A stretch of 60,664 nt of DNA, counting the filler, from Sphacelaria rigidula (Eukaryota), in NCBI GenBank assembly GCA_964200075.2. It is 7 parts of 7 records of this genome, joined end to end, with 100 filler letters (N's around TTAATTAATTAA, not from the genome) between each part and the next. Parts side by side here need not be neighbours in the genome. Positions count along the whole stretch, not along the records: positions 1 to 8,582 come from CAXNAA020010707.1; positions 8,683 to 17,263 come from CAXNAA020010708.1; 5 more parts are not named here. One strand, given 5' to 3'. Numbering within the stretch: position 1 is the first letter of the stretch; each line of letters opens with the position of its first letter. Position numbers and translations under genes: made by a program. The notes below the pieces were generated by a model that was given only the letters and a program-made list of their open reading frames with translations, ran no database searches and was not told the DNA's origin. Positions 1 through 12,448 of the stretch are shown here, in pieces.

Positions 1-155
1 TTTACCACGGGGGGGGGGGGGGGGGGGGGGGGGCTCTTCTTCCACGAAGGGGTCACTTTGGAGTCATCCTACGACAAGAGGAAGGGCGTCTTGGGTCTCC
101 TCTTGCGCGAAGGAGTCGCTTTAAAGCGTTGTTGCAAGCAGCGAATTGCGTACAA

Positions 156-238
156 GTGCTCCGTCTCGAAAGGGATGTGTGGTCAATGGCCAGACGACTA
201 AGGCAAGCAACAAAGGAGTACCTCCCACCCCCCCCCCC
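156..238 (+). mobile_element. 5'-truncated 3' end of the poly(C)-tailed LINE family
   Basis: GTGCTCCGTCTCG...GGTCAATGG...GACTAAGGCAAGCAACAAAGGAGTAC followed by a C-run. Matches the 3' end of the longer copy at 33599-34430 (minus) and the copy at 11247-11469. Confidence 0.8.
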
Positions 239-1910
239 ACCGTGGGATGGATCTTCCGTGCTTCATGCTACTCACTCACAACGCATCATTCCTCACTCGC
301 CCGTCCCTTCGCCACGGAGATTTACCTCACCTCTTCTTGCCGCTGGAGTAGACTTTGCCTTTCGGTCGCAACGGCGCTCCGGTAGGGCGTGCTCTGGTGA
401 TTGGTGGAGTAGAGACAGTAGATTCTTGGTCATCAATTTGAGTGCACGATGATCGCGTCTTCTTCACACTCTTCCTTGCCGTGTGCTTGAAGCGAGCCCT
501 AATAATCACAACAACGGGTTATACGAACTAACGAGAAGTTGTACGTGAAGATTTCGTTCGTGGTTCCTGTTTCATAGCCCAGTCGAGTTGTCTGTGAGGT
601 TGATTCTGAGCAACAGAGGTGCGATAGCAGGGGATTCCAAGCTGGCGGTAACTCAAACTGTGCAGCTACGCGGGGATATATCAGGGTGCAGGGTGGTGAG
701 TGGTACTGTGTCTGTGCCGAAGGGTGTGGCAAGTAGCGTTCTTCTTCGGTTACTCTTCGACTGGGCAAGGCCGAGATGAGCGAACGTCCTACAAGTATCT
801 AGACTGGGTTCACCTCATACTAGTAGGGTTTCGTCAGTAAGGCGAAGGGATATGGGTATGTGCACACAGTGTGCGGATAGAATGAGGACTCGATGTGGGT
901 GATGGGCACTAGGCTCTCCCTCTCGAGTCTCGAACGAAGATTGGCCAATTTTCTCACCCACGTTCGTTTGAGAAAAGGGGAAGGGTGTACGAGAGAGGGA
1001 AGTGGCAAAGCGCTCGCAACGCGCCCGGCAGGGACAAGGCATAGGTAAATACACTATCTCTATCTCTCTCTCTCTCTAGGAATTATCATTCCGTACGCTA
1101 TGGTGGCTGATCGCGTCGGTGTGGGTGCAAACCAGAAAGGCTGCAAACTAGAGAGGCTTTCGCTGCTTGATTTTGATTCGTCGAACAGGAGACTTCTTGT
1201 TTCGAAATCGGTGGCTCACACAGGAGGAAGGAACGTGCTTTGCAAGACACAACCCGTTCTCCCTTCTCCCAGGCTAACCAACCCTTCCTCTATGTGCAAA
1301 CATCTTTGTTAGCACACTGAACGTCAGAAAACCTTACATGTTAGTCTCCAGGTCAGTCAATGGATGCAAAAGAGAGAAGAGTTTACACAGCGGTTGCGTG
1401 CAAGTACGCCTGGCGAGACAAAATGATACGCACAGTAGTCATTTTCCATACAACTGTTCTGATAAGTGACGGAACTTGGACGGAGCACGACTTTCAGCAT
1501 TGGCAGCTGCTGTAACCAGTAACGCTGCAACAGAGCTCTCTCCGATAGCAAGATGAGGTGGGACATGTGTAGAAGAGCCCATCAAACAAGTGTTGCAGAG
1601 CTCATCTAACGAGTGTAAGATCTATATGCGTGGGGGTGGATCGTCTGAAGCCATCAAGCTGCCTGACGCAAAAGACCGTATGTGACAGAGAGTTGCACCC
1701 TCAAGTCACATTTGTTCTTACTCCGATCCAGCGCCGCGGCCGTGCCGTAACACGTTTTGCTCGACAGCTACGTACATACTGCATACGGTACTATGCCGTA
1801 CGGGTTACGTGCGACATACGGTGCTTCTTTGGATACGATTGGTTTTCCCAATCCTGCGATGTGTTACTGTCTCTCGTTGCCGCTGTTGTGCGATTGCTTG
1901 TTTCCCTCAC

Positions 1911-2060
1911 ATGTTACGAACACTGGACGGATTTCGTCGTTATTCGAGCAGCGGCTATCAAAACGCCTCGGGCATGCCAGCAGCCGCAGGATCAGGACGA
2001 CCCGGTAATGTGGGAATTCTGGCCATGGACGTCTACTTCCCAAGGACCTATGTAGAGCAG
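1911..2060 (+). CDS. HMGS: Hydroxymethylglutaryl-CoA synthase, N-terminal exon (start uncertain: ATG 1911, ATG 1974, or an upstream exon)
   Basis: Translation RPGNVGILAMDVYFPRTYVEQ is the characteristic N-terminus of eukaryotic HMG-CoA synthases. It ends at the donor CAG|GTATGA (2060/2061). Later exons were not identified. Confidence 0.85.
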
Positions 2061-2201
2061 GTATGATGCGCAATGAGCTCTGGCTGTTGAAGGATGAGGA
2101 CTTGCAGAGTTGTTCATCCATTGGACTCGTTCTCGCCTCATGTGTCGTCACTGCTCACTGTTGTACATCTTAAATCCAACAAGGAATCCATGAGCTAGCT
2201 A

Positions 2202-2739
2202 CAGTAGTGGGCGGTCTAAATATTCAGGGGTGTTTTGGGGGTTATCCTCGCCTACTACTTTTCGATAGAACTCGAGATTGCTAGCCTGGGTAGATTTTGA
2301 TACAATGGATAGATCATCCTTGGAACACAATGCCCAACTCAATGGTAGTTGGTGTTATCGAGCAATACGAGTAAATACTCCGTTTATCAGGAGGGTGTTA
2401 TTGACCGTGAAACACAGTTTTTCGGCTCTAGTCCAACCAGCAGGTAGAGTTTAAAAAAATAAAACTGTACATTTCTTCACAAATGTGATCGGGACATGCC
2501 TCATCGACCGAAAATACCGAAGAGTAAGAACCTGGGCGGAAACGTCCCAGGACCCGCGATGACCGGTCAGCCCATAAGTCATTCAATATTGAGTACAGAG
2601 GATTTTTTTCCTTGGAATGTGGAGCGGATACAAACATCTTCAATCCCTGATGTGATAAGCGATGGCAAGCGGAAAGAGCTCGAGAAAATCCCCAATTACG
2701 AAAAACTCACAAAATGAATAGTTAGACCGCCCACTACTG
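2202..2739. mobile_element. Non-autonomous TIR element (MITE), Tc1/mariner-pogo-like ends
   Basis: 25-bp TIR CAGTAGTGGGCGGTCTAA(A/C)TATTCA with one mismatch; TA on the left flank. A diverged full-length copy lies in the opposite orientation at 48553-49064. Confidence 0.85.
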
Positions 2740-5261
2740 GAGACACAGCAGTACAAGTGTGTACTACACAGTACACCGCTTCTCATCATTGTACAGTACA
2801 GTGCAGTGCAGCAATTATCATATGTGCGCTACAGGTGTACCAGTGGTGGAATTCCTCTCTTCTGAGGCCTTGAGTTGTACCTTTGGTTGGGTGACAACTC
2901 TGGGATCAGAATCTATATCGAATAGAAGCACCAAGCGCTTTCCGACGGAGACCTTTTCACCTGATCTCTTCGGATTACAATTAACCCTTTGAACTTTGAA
3001 CGTCTACAGTTTTTGTTCCGAAATAATGTTCGCCCACAGTCCCGCGAGTTGTGAGTTGTGAGGATAGTTTTTGCAGGCGTAAATGTACGCGTAGTGGACA
3101 TGGGCAAATAGCAGGAACGGTGATGAACCATTCATTAGTCACCATGGGTGCATTACTGTAGCTTTCAGCCATGGTTGAGGGAGGAGGGTTCACGGTCTTC
3201 TTGTTCGTCCATCATTTTGTTGTGTCTTTTCATTTTTTCCATCAATGGCTACATGGACTGCTGGCACGAGTACTGCGTATACCGTTTTGCGCCACTGCGA
3301 CCGTAAAACTATTTTTTATACTAATGGCAGTAGCCCACGCATATATAAGTATGCCGCGCGACGTATGCGTGGGAACGACACTAGGCAAGTTGGGTACCAA
3401 CTCTTCTCTGCAAAAGATCTTCCGGAAAAATTATTTTTTTCGACTGTGCTTAAGCTAGGGCTTTTTTTTTCCAGGAAGACCAATCGGAACCTCAATATCG
3501 CAAAATATTCCGCCCCTTCCAACAGCTCTAAGTGAGAATACTCTGAGTTGTCGTTGGTGTTTGTTTTGCTCACCAGAACGTTCTGCATTTGGTGGGATGG
3601 TGGGTTATCTATCGCATGGGCATTGTTTTTCACTTGAAAATGAATGAAAGACCGAGATCACGCACCCATGCGTTGAAAGGTTTTTACAGGCTTGGGATCA
3701 TCGTTGCTACTTCATTGTAAAGTGCACACCGGCAGCACCAGATCAAGGCCGATCTGCAAGAGGCCGATGGGGAAATCGGAAGGATGTTCCAGGTGACGAA
3801 TACTACTGCCGAGGAGAGTGGCTTGATCCCTCTCCCGTGTCGAGGATTCGGCGCGGTACAGACGGTGGCGATGAGATGCCAGGGCACGCCTCTAGCCCGA
3901 GCGATGAAGGAGGCCGAGTGTTCGCGTCGGGGGTAGGAAACGGCTGGGGTGAGGTCAACAAAACAGCTTCACGACTGGTCGGTTCTAGCAGGATAGTGAT
4001 ATTTCGTCGGCTTCACCCCAGCCGTGTGCTCCCGGTATAGATGCAATGACAGCCTCCTCCATCGCTCGGACAAGAAACGTGTTGTGACATTTAATCGACA
4101 CCCTCCCCTGCAGTATATTTCTCCACCTCCTGCATTATCCCCCATCCCTCAACTTCCTCTTGCTAGAGATTGACGCCCGTCCCGCTGCTTCTGCTGCCGC
4201 CGCCGCCGCCGTGACTCTTGTAAACAAATAGGAGTATCCCTGGTAGATTATGCTCCTGTTACACGCTCATGTCAGCCTTTGTCTACTTCCCTTCTCGTGG
4301 CTGCACGCTGTATTAATAGTATGTCCACCAACACACCAGTCGTTTCGTGTTTCCGAGGGAAGGCTGTGCAGTGTGTGCAATACAACGAACCGGGCTGACT
4401 AAAGTTTCAAAAATGGTGTCCCTTCACTCCCGCAGAGCCCGACGAAAAATCTTAGCGTTTTTTCAGCAGATGATCTCATGCTCGTCAAGATGGTAAGCTA
4501 TTTCACTTGCGGTGACTATGTAGGGGCACAGCTCACAAACCTGCGGTCTGAGCGGATTGAATCATCTTCGCTGTTGCTGTTCAAATGTGTGTATGTCGAG
4601 TCTAAAAAAGTGTCGGTGTGAGAGATTGTCTGACAACACGAAATGTCGGTAAACCCCCCGTGCAAAACTTGTGAGCGTGGCATAGACTAATGTGGGATTT
4701 TTGCCCATGGACCGATTAGCGTTTCAACCCACCTCTTTTCCTCATCTGTTCTAAAAAATTGAAGGGGGCTACTGCTTTTTGTATGTTACACTGCGCCGTC
4801 TGCACATCTCACAATGCCCAGCGCATGGCCACTGCGCGTCCGACTCTGCACCGCAGGAGTCCCAAACAATCCGGCGTGGGTTCGATTGTCTGATACTTCG
4901 TAGTCCAAGCCGATGCGTCATAGCCTTCACGTCCTCCGTGTCTTTGGTCCTCCTAGGCGTAGTTTTTCCTCCGGCTACAGATCGTGCAGCTAGTACAGCT
5001 CTACTTACGTGATAGGTTATTCCTTCACGTGTTTTCTTGTCGGGGAAAATAGCGTGCATCACTTGTTGATTGTGCATCTTATGGGCCCAGGGGGCTGTTT
5101 TACTGAGCGTTGGAGGTGTGTGTGCCCCGAAAAGAAAATATGTGTCTGTGGCGAAGGCCTCGATAGCTACCCAACCGCGACCATCCGTCGATCAAGGGCC
5201 AGCGTTGCTGTAAAGGGTTACGTCCAGCAGCTGCGAATATTCGTGAAAGCTTGCCACATTC

Positions 5262-5379
5262 TTCTCTTCCTTCTTTTCTTGAGCGAGTGTTTCCATTTTG
5301 CTTTTCTTGGGTACGTCTATCGTGCGACCACGGCTGGACCCATGGGTGGTCATTTAAAGTGCGACAATCAATCAATCAA
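5262..5379 (+). mobile_element. Non-LTR retroelement 3' end with (CAAT)n tail
   Basis: ...GCGAGTGTTTCC...AAAGTGCGACAATCAATCAATCAA. Related copies at about 6264-6392(-), 7795-7925(+), 19120-19208(+), 26336-26500(-), 30155-30305(-) and 49260-49390(-). Confidence 0.7.
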
Positions 5380-6263
5380 GAAAAAAATTAAAGCTTTGCC
5401 TCGAATGATCGGTCACAGCAATGGATGAGGTCGTGCTCTTTTAGAGTAGAGCGAATACTATGTAAGGAGGCGAGTGCGGAAAACATCGACGCATGGGATA
5501 AAGCCGGGTTCCACGTTGCGCCTGTGTAGCGTAACGACACGTGCAGAGAGTTCCACCGTATACGCGGCGATAGTTCCGAGCTTAGTCTCTGTTCAGCTGC
5601 ACACCCAAAGCTTGATTCGGCTGGAATACATGCGCCACTCCCGGAGCTACGGCAGTGCGCATTGGCGCCAACATCACTACAAGTAGTAAAGCCGCCTTCG
5701 GCTGCGAAGGCCGACTGCACGCTTCCGAGCGTACTGTAATTTGTGTGCTGTGCTGTTTGTTGCAGCAGTACTCTCTTCTATGTCATGTTTCGCACGAACC
5801 ATTACTAGGCGGTATCTCATGGCTCCTTCAACAGCTCGAAACGAGGGCATCGTTTCCAAAATCCTCCTGTAGCAGTGCGCGACATTGTCCGGGGCTCTGA
5901 TTGCTCATGGGTGTCCATAATTTCATTTTACGAACGAGCACATGAAGTCAACTGCAGTTGTGTAGTATACGCACAGTGTGTCACAGTAGTATACTACAGC
6001 ATTTTACAGTTCCCTGTGTCGCGAACATGCGGCCATCTTGCTGAGAATACTATCAACATGAATATTCGAAATACCAGTGGTACAATAGTCAAACCAGTCT
6101 GCCGTATGAAGATGTGTCGCTTCTCGGTGAGAGGGAGCCGAGAGGAGTACAGTACATTGACGCTCCTGCATGGCCATTTTCCATCAATCCTCTGATCGAT
6201 TCCTGCTGGTAAAGCTGGTGTTCTGCATTCAACACGCATTTCTGACAATGGAATCGCGGGCGT

Positions 6264-6392
6264 GACTGATTGATTGATTGTGGCACTTTTAATTTATCCC
6301 CCAGGGATTCCGCCGTGGTCACATGATGGGCGTACCCGAGACAAAAATCAAAACCGAAACACTCGCTGAAGAAAATGAAAAAAAAAAAAAAA
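6264..6392 (-). mobile_element. Non-LTR retroelement 3' end with (CAAT)n tail
   Basis: Reverse-complement similarity to 5262-5379, with a TGATTGATTGATTG tail. Confidence 0.65.
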
Positions 6393-7089
6393 GCATAATG
6401 GTAGAACAGGCCAATAGAGTATACTAATTAAAAAAAAAAGACAACAGAAAAAACGAAGAGAAATGGCCGGCCTCTGCCACATGGCTCCGGTGGAAAGTAT
6501 CTTGCGCAGAATCCACTCTCATACCGAATCGTAGGAAACAAGAGACAAAAAGACATGATATATACGAAAAGTCACTGCAACACCACGCATGCCATGAGTA
6601 ACTTCATGGGTGGTTCTACGCTGCACAGCCCTCCAGCACATGAGAAATAGCCCAAAAGGTCTCAGTGGAAAGCTCATGACGATGGATAATTCAGAGTTTT
6701 ATTCTGAAACTCGTAGCGCAGACTAATTTCCGGATGGTCGTCTCGGAGATAGTGTTTTCAAAAAAAAATTCCCCTCTCAAACTATAGGGTATTTCAGGGT
6801 TCCACGATTTTTCAGGGAAGGTACAACAACCAGTGTCTAATCCCTGGCCTTTGGTTCACGTACTGCTTCTTGAAGTCGGCGCTCATGTGCCATTAAAAAT
6901 ACAAAACGACTCGTCAGTCTCAGCTTGGCATTGTAAAATATGGAGTTGGCGAGTCCAATCATACACGTTGCATTCATAGCACAACGCCATGGCGCCTACC
7001 CGCCGCACATTTGTATGGTACTGTATGCTAAAATTCCCCGCATAGTGTAGGTCAGTTTTTGAGCACTCACCTGTATTAAGTAAGTCATG

Positions 7090-7418
7090 CACACCTTAGT
7101 CCAAGATATGGTCAATAGTTTCAGTAGACAAGGAATGTACTGCGTCAAGTATAGGCCTATTGCGACTATTGTGGGCCCACAATAGTCGCAATAGGCCGAC
7201 AATAGTGATGATTCATGATCAATAGTCTCAGTAGACAAGAAAGGTACTGCGTACAGTATAGATCCATTGCCATCTGCCTATTGCGACTATTGGCGGCCCA
7301 CAATAGTCGCAGTAGGCATACGACAATAGTCGCAATAGGCATATAGCAATAGGCCTAAACGTTGCGCAATACATTTCTTGTCTACTGAAACTATTGACCA
7401 TATATTGTCCAAGGTGTG
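7090..7418. mobile_element. Foldback-type MITE with long TIRs and internal palindromes
   Basis: About 70-bp imperfect TIR (CACACCTT..ATATGGTCAATAGTTTCAGTAGACAAG..). Internal CTATTGCGACTATTG / CAATAGTCGCAATAG hairpins are repeated. Confidence 0.8.
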
Positions 7419-7465
7419 AAATCGTGTGAAAAAAAAGCTCGCGCTCTTTTGTTGGCTTAGTACAG

Positions 7466-7775
7466 GCCGCCGCACCCCGGTGGTGTAATGGGTGGAGAGA
7501 ACGAGGGTTTGATTCCCGATGCGTTGGGTGTTTTTCTTCGAAGTATATGATTTCCACCGTCGAAAACGTGAGTACGTGAGTGCGTGAGTAAACAAAAAAT
7601 AGTTGGCTGAGTTTGTTTGACGAGAGTTGACGCGGTGCGGGAGTGCTGATCCAATCCGCTAGGCCAAAATGCAAGGCGTGTAACAGGAGAGATGCGCTGA
7701 TCCCTTGAGACCGCGGACTCGCCCCGAGGAAGGGGAGGGGTTCAAAGTGCGACAAATGAATAATAAAATAATGAA
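7466..7775 (+). mobile_element. tRNA-derived SINE, family B
   Basis: A-box-like TGGTGTAATGG, B-box-like GGTTTGATTCC and an AT-rich tail. Other copies at 8515-8582, 14891-15555 and 43745-44064(-). Confidence 0.8.
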
Positions 7776-7794
7776 TGAGTTAGTGGCTTTTTTG

Positions 7795-7925
7795 TTTTTT
7801 GCTTTTTTCTCTTTTTCTTCAGCGAGTGTTCCAGTTTTGCTTTGTTTCGGGTGCGTCCACCATGTAACCATGGATGGATCCCTGGAGAGCCAGTTGAAGT
7901 GCGTCAATAAATCAATCTATCAACC
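7795..7925 (+). mobile_element. Non-LTR retroelement 3' end with degenerate (CAAT)n tail
   Basis: Similar to 5262-5379. Confidence 0.6.
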
Positions 7926-8137
7926 ATCAGTCAGTGGTCACAGGTACGCCGCTGTTCTGTAACGCCCGATGCTGCTTTGCAAGCAGATTTTGTCCTCGTC
8001 AGTCAATCACGCCCTGGACAAAAAATTACATGGATTGCCAAAATGTGTACTGCGTACAGTATCGACTATTGCGTATAATGCATCAGACAAAAGATTCCAT
8101 ACTGTGCGCAGTATTTTTTTCACCATGTAAGCCGGTC

Positions 8138-8490
8138 GCCTCGGTGGCTCAGTCGGTAACCTCGAAACCTTGTGACGGTTGGGTCGTGGGTTCGAATCTC
8201 GGAGCGATCTGGGATTTTTCTCACATCATGCTCGACAGTGAAGAGCGACTATGTCATGGGGTACACAAAATTCGACGTAACGGTCGACGAGGGAAAGGAA
8301 CTGGTGAACCCCTGTCGCGATAAAAAATAAAGGCAAGCACCGTAGAAGGAAGGTGGAGGACCAAAAACAAACAAGAAGGAAAAAAAATCCTGTGTCGACC
8401 TTCCCCCTGTGTGACCCCGGCTGGTGCGCCCATACATACCGAAAAGTGTAGAACGGCGTCCAGAATAGATCGACAACACACAACACACAA
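8138..8490 (+). mobile_element. tRNA-derived SINE, family A
   Basis: A box TGGCTCAGTCGG, B box GGTTCGAATC, unique body and CAACACA-type tail. A second copy lies at 30716-31053. Confidence 0.85.
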
Positions 8491-8514
8491 TATATTGCCA
8501 TTTTCAATTGTACC

Positions 8515-8582
8515 GCCGCGCCCCGGTGGTGTAATGGTTCGACTGTCGGCATTAGGGTGGAGAGAACGGGGGTTCGATTCCC
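8515..8582 (+). mobile_element. SINE family B head, truncated by contig end
   Basis: GCCCCGGTGGTGTAATGG...GGTTCGATTCCC matches the heads of the other family B copies. Confidence 0.75.
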
Positions 8583-8682
8583 NNNNNNNNNNNNNNNNNN
8601 NNNNNNNNNNNNNNNNNNNNNNNNNNTTAATTAATTAANNNNNNNNNNNNNNNNNNNNNNNNNNNNNNNNNNNNNNNNNNNN
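8583..8682. other. Artificial contig spacer (44N-TTAATTAATTAA-44N)
   Basis: Identical 100-bp spacer occurs six times; the 12-mer gives stop codons in all six frames. Confidence 0.98.
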
Positions 8683-10049
8683 AGCCCGTAAGTCACTCAT
8701 GATTGATCGTAGATGATTTTTATTTCAATATTTGTCAAGAGGATTCAACTATCTCCGGATGCCCATTTTATTGGCATCCAACAGCCACTGTGATGAGCGG
8801 TGGCAAGCAAAACAAATTAGGACAATCTTTGAGAAACTAAGAAATTACGGATTCTGCATACTTCTGATGCTGACTACTGTAATTGTAAACAACACACAAG
8901 GTATATAGTGGTAGTAGTTGTTAAGGTAGGTAGCTCGAACTTTGATCAAGTCACATGTATGAACTTGTGGTGTGTTATACACAGATGTCGGTGTAAGCTT
9001 GACGACTCATGGGTAGCTAGCTAGCCGTCAACACGAAATTCGTACTAGTGTGTGTATTCTTTTATTCGGAGAAATGAGTAAAGTCGACCGTGAAAAATCT
9101 CGTTTTTTTTCTTTTCTTGCATCCCCCTCGTTGGAAATAATAAAATGCAACGTGCGTCGCGGGCGTCGAGGGTTTGTTGTTTTCACCATATGGGTGATTT
9201 TAACAAGAGTGTAAGTAGCGAATAATGACTAGAAAATATTGCATAGTAAATGACAATCAACACGTTTTATATTCTTACAGAACAAACGGGGTCCCAATCC
9301 TGAACCAGCTGATGTAGATTTTTAGCAGCGCATGCCGGGCTGGAAACCAAATGTTACATGTTAACATATGTGTAACATCTTGCAGTAGTTTGTCGCCAAC
9401 AAGACCTCATGGAAATATGTGCAACAGTGAGGGGGTGCGTGTGTATGATTTTTGTGATGTAGATGTTGTCCAGTAGATGGTCAAGCCGACCGCACGGCCG
9501 GACGGAGAAGCGGAGCAAGAAATAAAAAAAGGCGAATTCACACGAGGGATAGCGGATTTCAACGACAAACCCCGCCGCCCTCTTTTGATAGTCGTCAACG
9601 TTCTTTCTCACCGCCGGGCAGGGAGGGTCTGTCGCCTTTGCTGTCTTTCATTTTTTTTTCAAGAAAAAATGATGAATAATGCCGACGCAACAGATGACTC
9701 ACCTGCCTGTAAAAGGGTGAACATTACGGTATGAGGCTTGAACAGGCCACACTGGAAGAAACGGATTTGATACGTTGCCGTTTTATCACCCTCGGCGAAA
9801 CAGTGATGGTCCGTTCACGAGGACGCGTCTTGCAACCGTCAGTCGCAGTCGCCATCTGCGTTCATGGCAACGGAAGGCGTTCTTCCCAGTAGTGTTTTCC
9901 TCTTGGTCGACTAGAATCTTCCCGGATTTTCATTACTTGATTTTAGTGTAAACACCGATATTTGGATCTTTAGCGGGGCTGACAGCTCCAACCGCCCCTC
10001 GCGTGCGCAGAAGGCGTTTTTATCAAAATTGTTTCCTGCGGCGCCGTTT

Positions 10050-10226
10050 TGGGGTCTGCTAATGCCACACTTTGCCTAGGGAACGCTTCACAGCCCCCTG
10101 GCCCGAGGGTTGTCGGTATGCCTTGGGTTGGGGTTGGGGTTGGGATTGGGGTTAGGGTTAGCGTTACTTTGATAAATATCTTTCCGAGAAATTCTGTCAT
10201 CGACCAAGTGGTGAACACACCTCGTT
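10050..10226 (-). repeat. Dispersed repeat core with degenerate telomere-like hexamers
   Basis: GGGTTGGGGTTGGGGTTGGGATTGGGGTTAGGGTTAG next to a conserved AAGGCATACCGA..CCCTCGGG core also seen at 15225-15320, 45690-45812 and 46990-47080. Confidence 0.7.
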
Positions 10227-11246
10227 CTTCTCGGCTACCCCCATTTGTCAAACTTGAAGGTGGCGTGTTTTCCTCTGTGTGTATGTGTATCCGTTGTCGG
10301 TCACCACTCCCCCTTCCCTCCCGCGCTGACTACGGCATGCAAGATGACGGACACACTCACGCCCGTGCGCTCCCCATCCCTCCCTCCCCCTCCCCGTGTT
10401 GATGCTATAGGTGTACAGTAGTTGGGGGTGACAGTGCAGCCCCCAATTTTCAGTCAGGTTTGGGCGCTTTGATTGTAATGCCTCTCAGGGCGTAGGTCAT
10501 TATCGAAGTCACGATGAAGTAATACGTACTTGAATGCCACGGTGTGGTGTGGTGTGGTGTGGTGTGATCCTACTGTTGGATGGAATTCTCAAACTTGTAC
10601 TTTTTAACTTGAGCTTTTGTGTGTCGTAACCGTTGTAGTGTTCTTGAGCCTTTTTTTCCTATTTTTATTTGCATCAAATCATATGTTGTATCATTAACAT
10701 TCTGTGTGTGTGTCTCTCTCTCTCTCACACACACACACACCATGTAGCGTTCTGCAAGGGTGTCACCTACTCCACCGACACATTCTCTCTTCTCCCCAGT
10801 GTACAAAGCATAGGCTGTGAGGTTGTAGCTTCCATCCTCCCTGTGGGCGAACAATCCCTGCAGATGATGATTTATTTGTGTGCACAGTCAGTCGACTTTT
10901 GTCGTGCTGAAGAACGTGCTGAGGAAAAAACAGATCTTCTACTTGTCTCGAGACATATGCGAGGTGACACTGAGGCAGCAGGAAACAGCGGTATGAGATA
11001 GATGATGGTTGGTCCCGGGCCTGCAGCGAGGACAACCCCCCCCCCCCCCCCCCATCCCCCCCCACCCCCCCCCCCCCCCCAAAAAAGGGGGTAATAAAAA
11101 AGCGGGACCAGAAGGGGAAAGANNNNNNNNNNGGGACCGCGGAGCCACAAAAAACCGGCGTTAGCAGAAAGTGGGGGGTGGCCCCCGGCCCGCAACCGAG
11201 ACCCCCCCCCCCCCCCCCCCATCCTATCGCATCGCATCCCATCCCA

Positions 11247-11469
11247 TCCGCTATAATAGGGGATATATAGATGGTGGTCACAGACGGTGAAGGAGGAAGG
11301 AGATAAATGGTGAAAAAAAAACATTTCGTGCAATGTATAGAAAAAAACGTCATGAGCGCCCAAATGTTGGCGGTGTCTCCATTGGGAGTAGGAACGGTGC
11401 TCCGTCTCGAACGGAATGCCTGGTCAATGGTTGAATGGCAAAGGCACCCACCAAATGAGTACCCCCCCC
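11247..11469 (+). mobile_element. 5'-truncated copy of the poly(C)-tailed LINE family
   Basis: Aligns by eye with 33625-33830 (minus). Ends GAGTAC+C-run and is preceded by a C-run; degenerate duplication CCCCCAT(C/G)CTA on both flanks. Confidence 0.8.
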
Positions 11470-11547
11470 TCCTTCCCCCATGCTACCCGAATCCAGCCCC
11501 TCTGAGCTCAGCCGGTTAAATTGGTGTGCATATCTTGGTCGCCACAG

Positions 11548-11688
11548 GTGGGGCAAGAGCAAGGCAGTTCGTTGTCTGCTGTGAAATCCATCGTGCGAGA
11601 CGAGGGCTTGGGGGGGTTGTTCGTGGGCGGGAAGGAGCAGCTCATGAGGGAGATACCGTTCAACGCGTTACAATTCACCATGTACGAG
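11548..11688 (+). CDS. Mitochondrial carrier family (SLC25; SAM-carrier-like), internal exon
   Basis: VGQEQGSSLSAVKSIVRDEGLGGLFVGGKEQLMREIPFNALQFTMYE contains the carrier motifs EGxxGLFxG and REIPF. CAG acceptor, GTAAAT donor, phase 0-0. Confidence 0.9.
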
Positions 11689-12448
11689 GTAAATGTTTTG
11701 ATACCAAAATATGTTTTTTTCGCAGTAACTTGTGTGTGTGCGTGCGTGTTGTGTGCGTATTTTGTCTGGTGTTGTTTTCGTTGTCGTTACTAATTAATTT
11801 GCGCTGGGTAGCAACAGTACACACGCCTTCACTTGAGCGGCTGTGTATAGAGTTCGCCAGTAGATGGCCGGGTCCACCACGGTTCGTCGTCTATGAGGTA
11901 CTCAACCATAGTTTGTGTGTCAAGTACAAGGTACTGCCATGACGCGTCTCCATATGTGAGGGTTTACAGACTTCAGAAACGCCGATTAATTTGGAGCGGT
12001 CAAGTTTGCTGGCGGCGATACATATTGCACGTGCACAGTACTACACACTGTCCCGTAGCAGCCACTGCCGATTGTGTGTCTATGCTGAGTCTACAGTCAT
12101 GTTGTTATTGTGTGCACGGCGCGCGTCCGTACGGTTGTGTGCGTGTATGAAAGCATCTCCTACAGCGGTATGCTTCGCTTGTCGAAATCAAAATGTATCC
12201 GGTCGCCTAAGGCAGGGAGCACACATACGCGAGTCCTCATCAGAATGACATTCAATATTTCACGTGCTTTGAAATACCGGACACACACAATGGTCTGGCT
12301 GACACGACTGAAATGCGTTGGATCAAACGAAGTATTCGGGTTCGAATCCCGCCAGATGTGTTTTGGAATGTGGTTGCCGAGAAGTATCTGAGTTTCTTCG
12401 TTAGAGACTCGAGTACGTGTGAATCAAAGATCTCAAAACCCAAAATAG

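Noticed and set aside
3742-3792. Possible second HMGS exon (ADLQEADG)
   Set aside because: Only 8 residues resemble the expected continuation; the conserved GKYTIGLGQ does not follow.
4232-4255. EYP/VD- or GVS-like HMGS fragment after a TAG acceptor
   Set aside because: Requires a frameshift and is too short to support.
8138-8582. tRNA genes (also B-box-like motifs near 12339 and 48370-48390)
   Set aside because: A/B boxes are present but I cannot form a cloverleaf, and the heads continue into multi-copy SINE bodies.
10124-10161. True telomere
   Set aside because: Short, degenerate and internal to a dispersed repeat.
11010-11220. Apparent duplication around a 10-N gap
   Set aside because: Looks like low-quality sequence beside long C homopolymers; probable assembly artefact.
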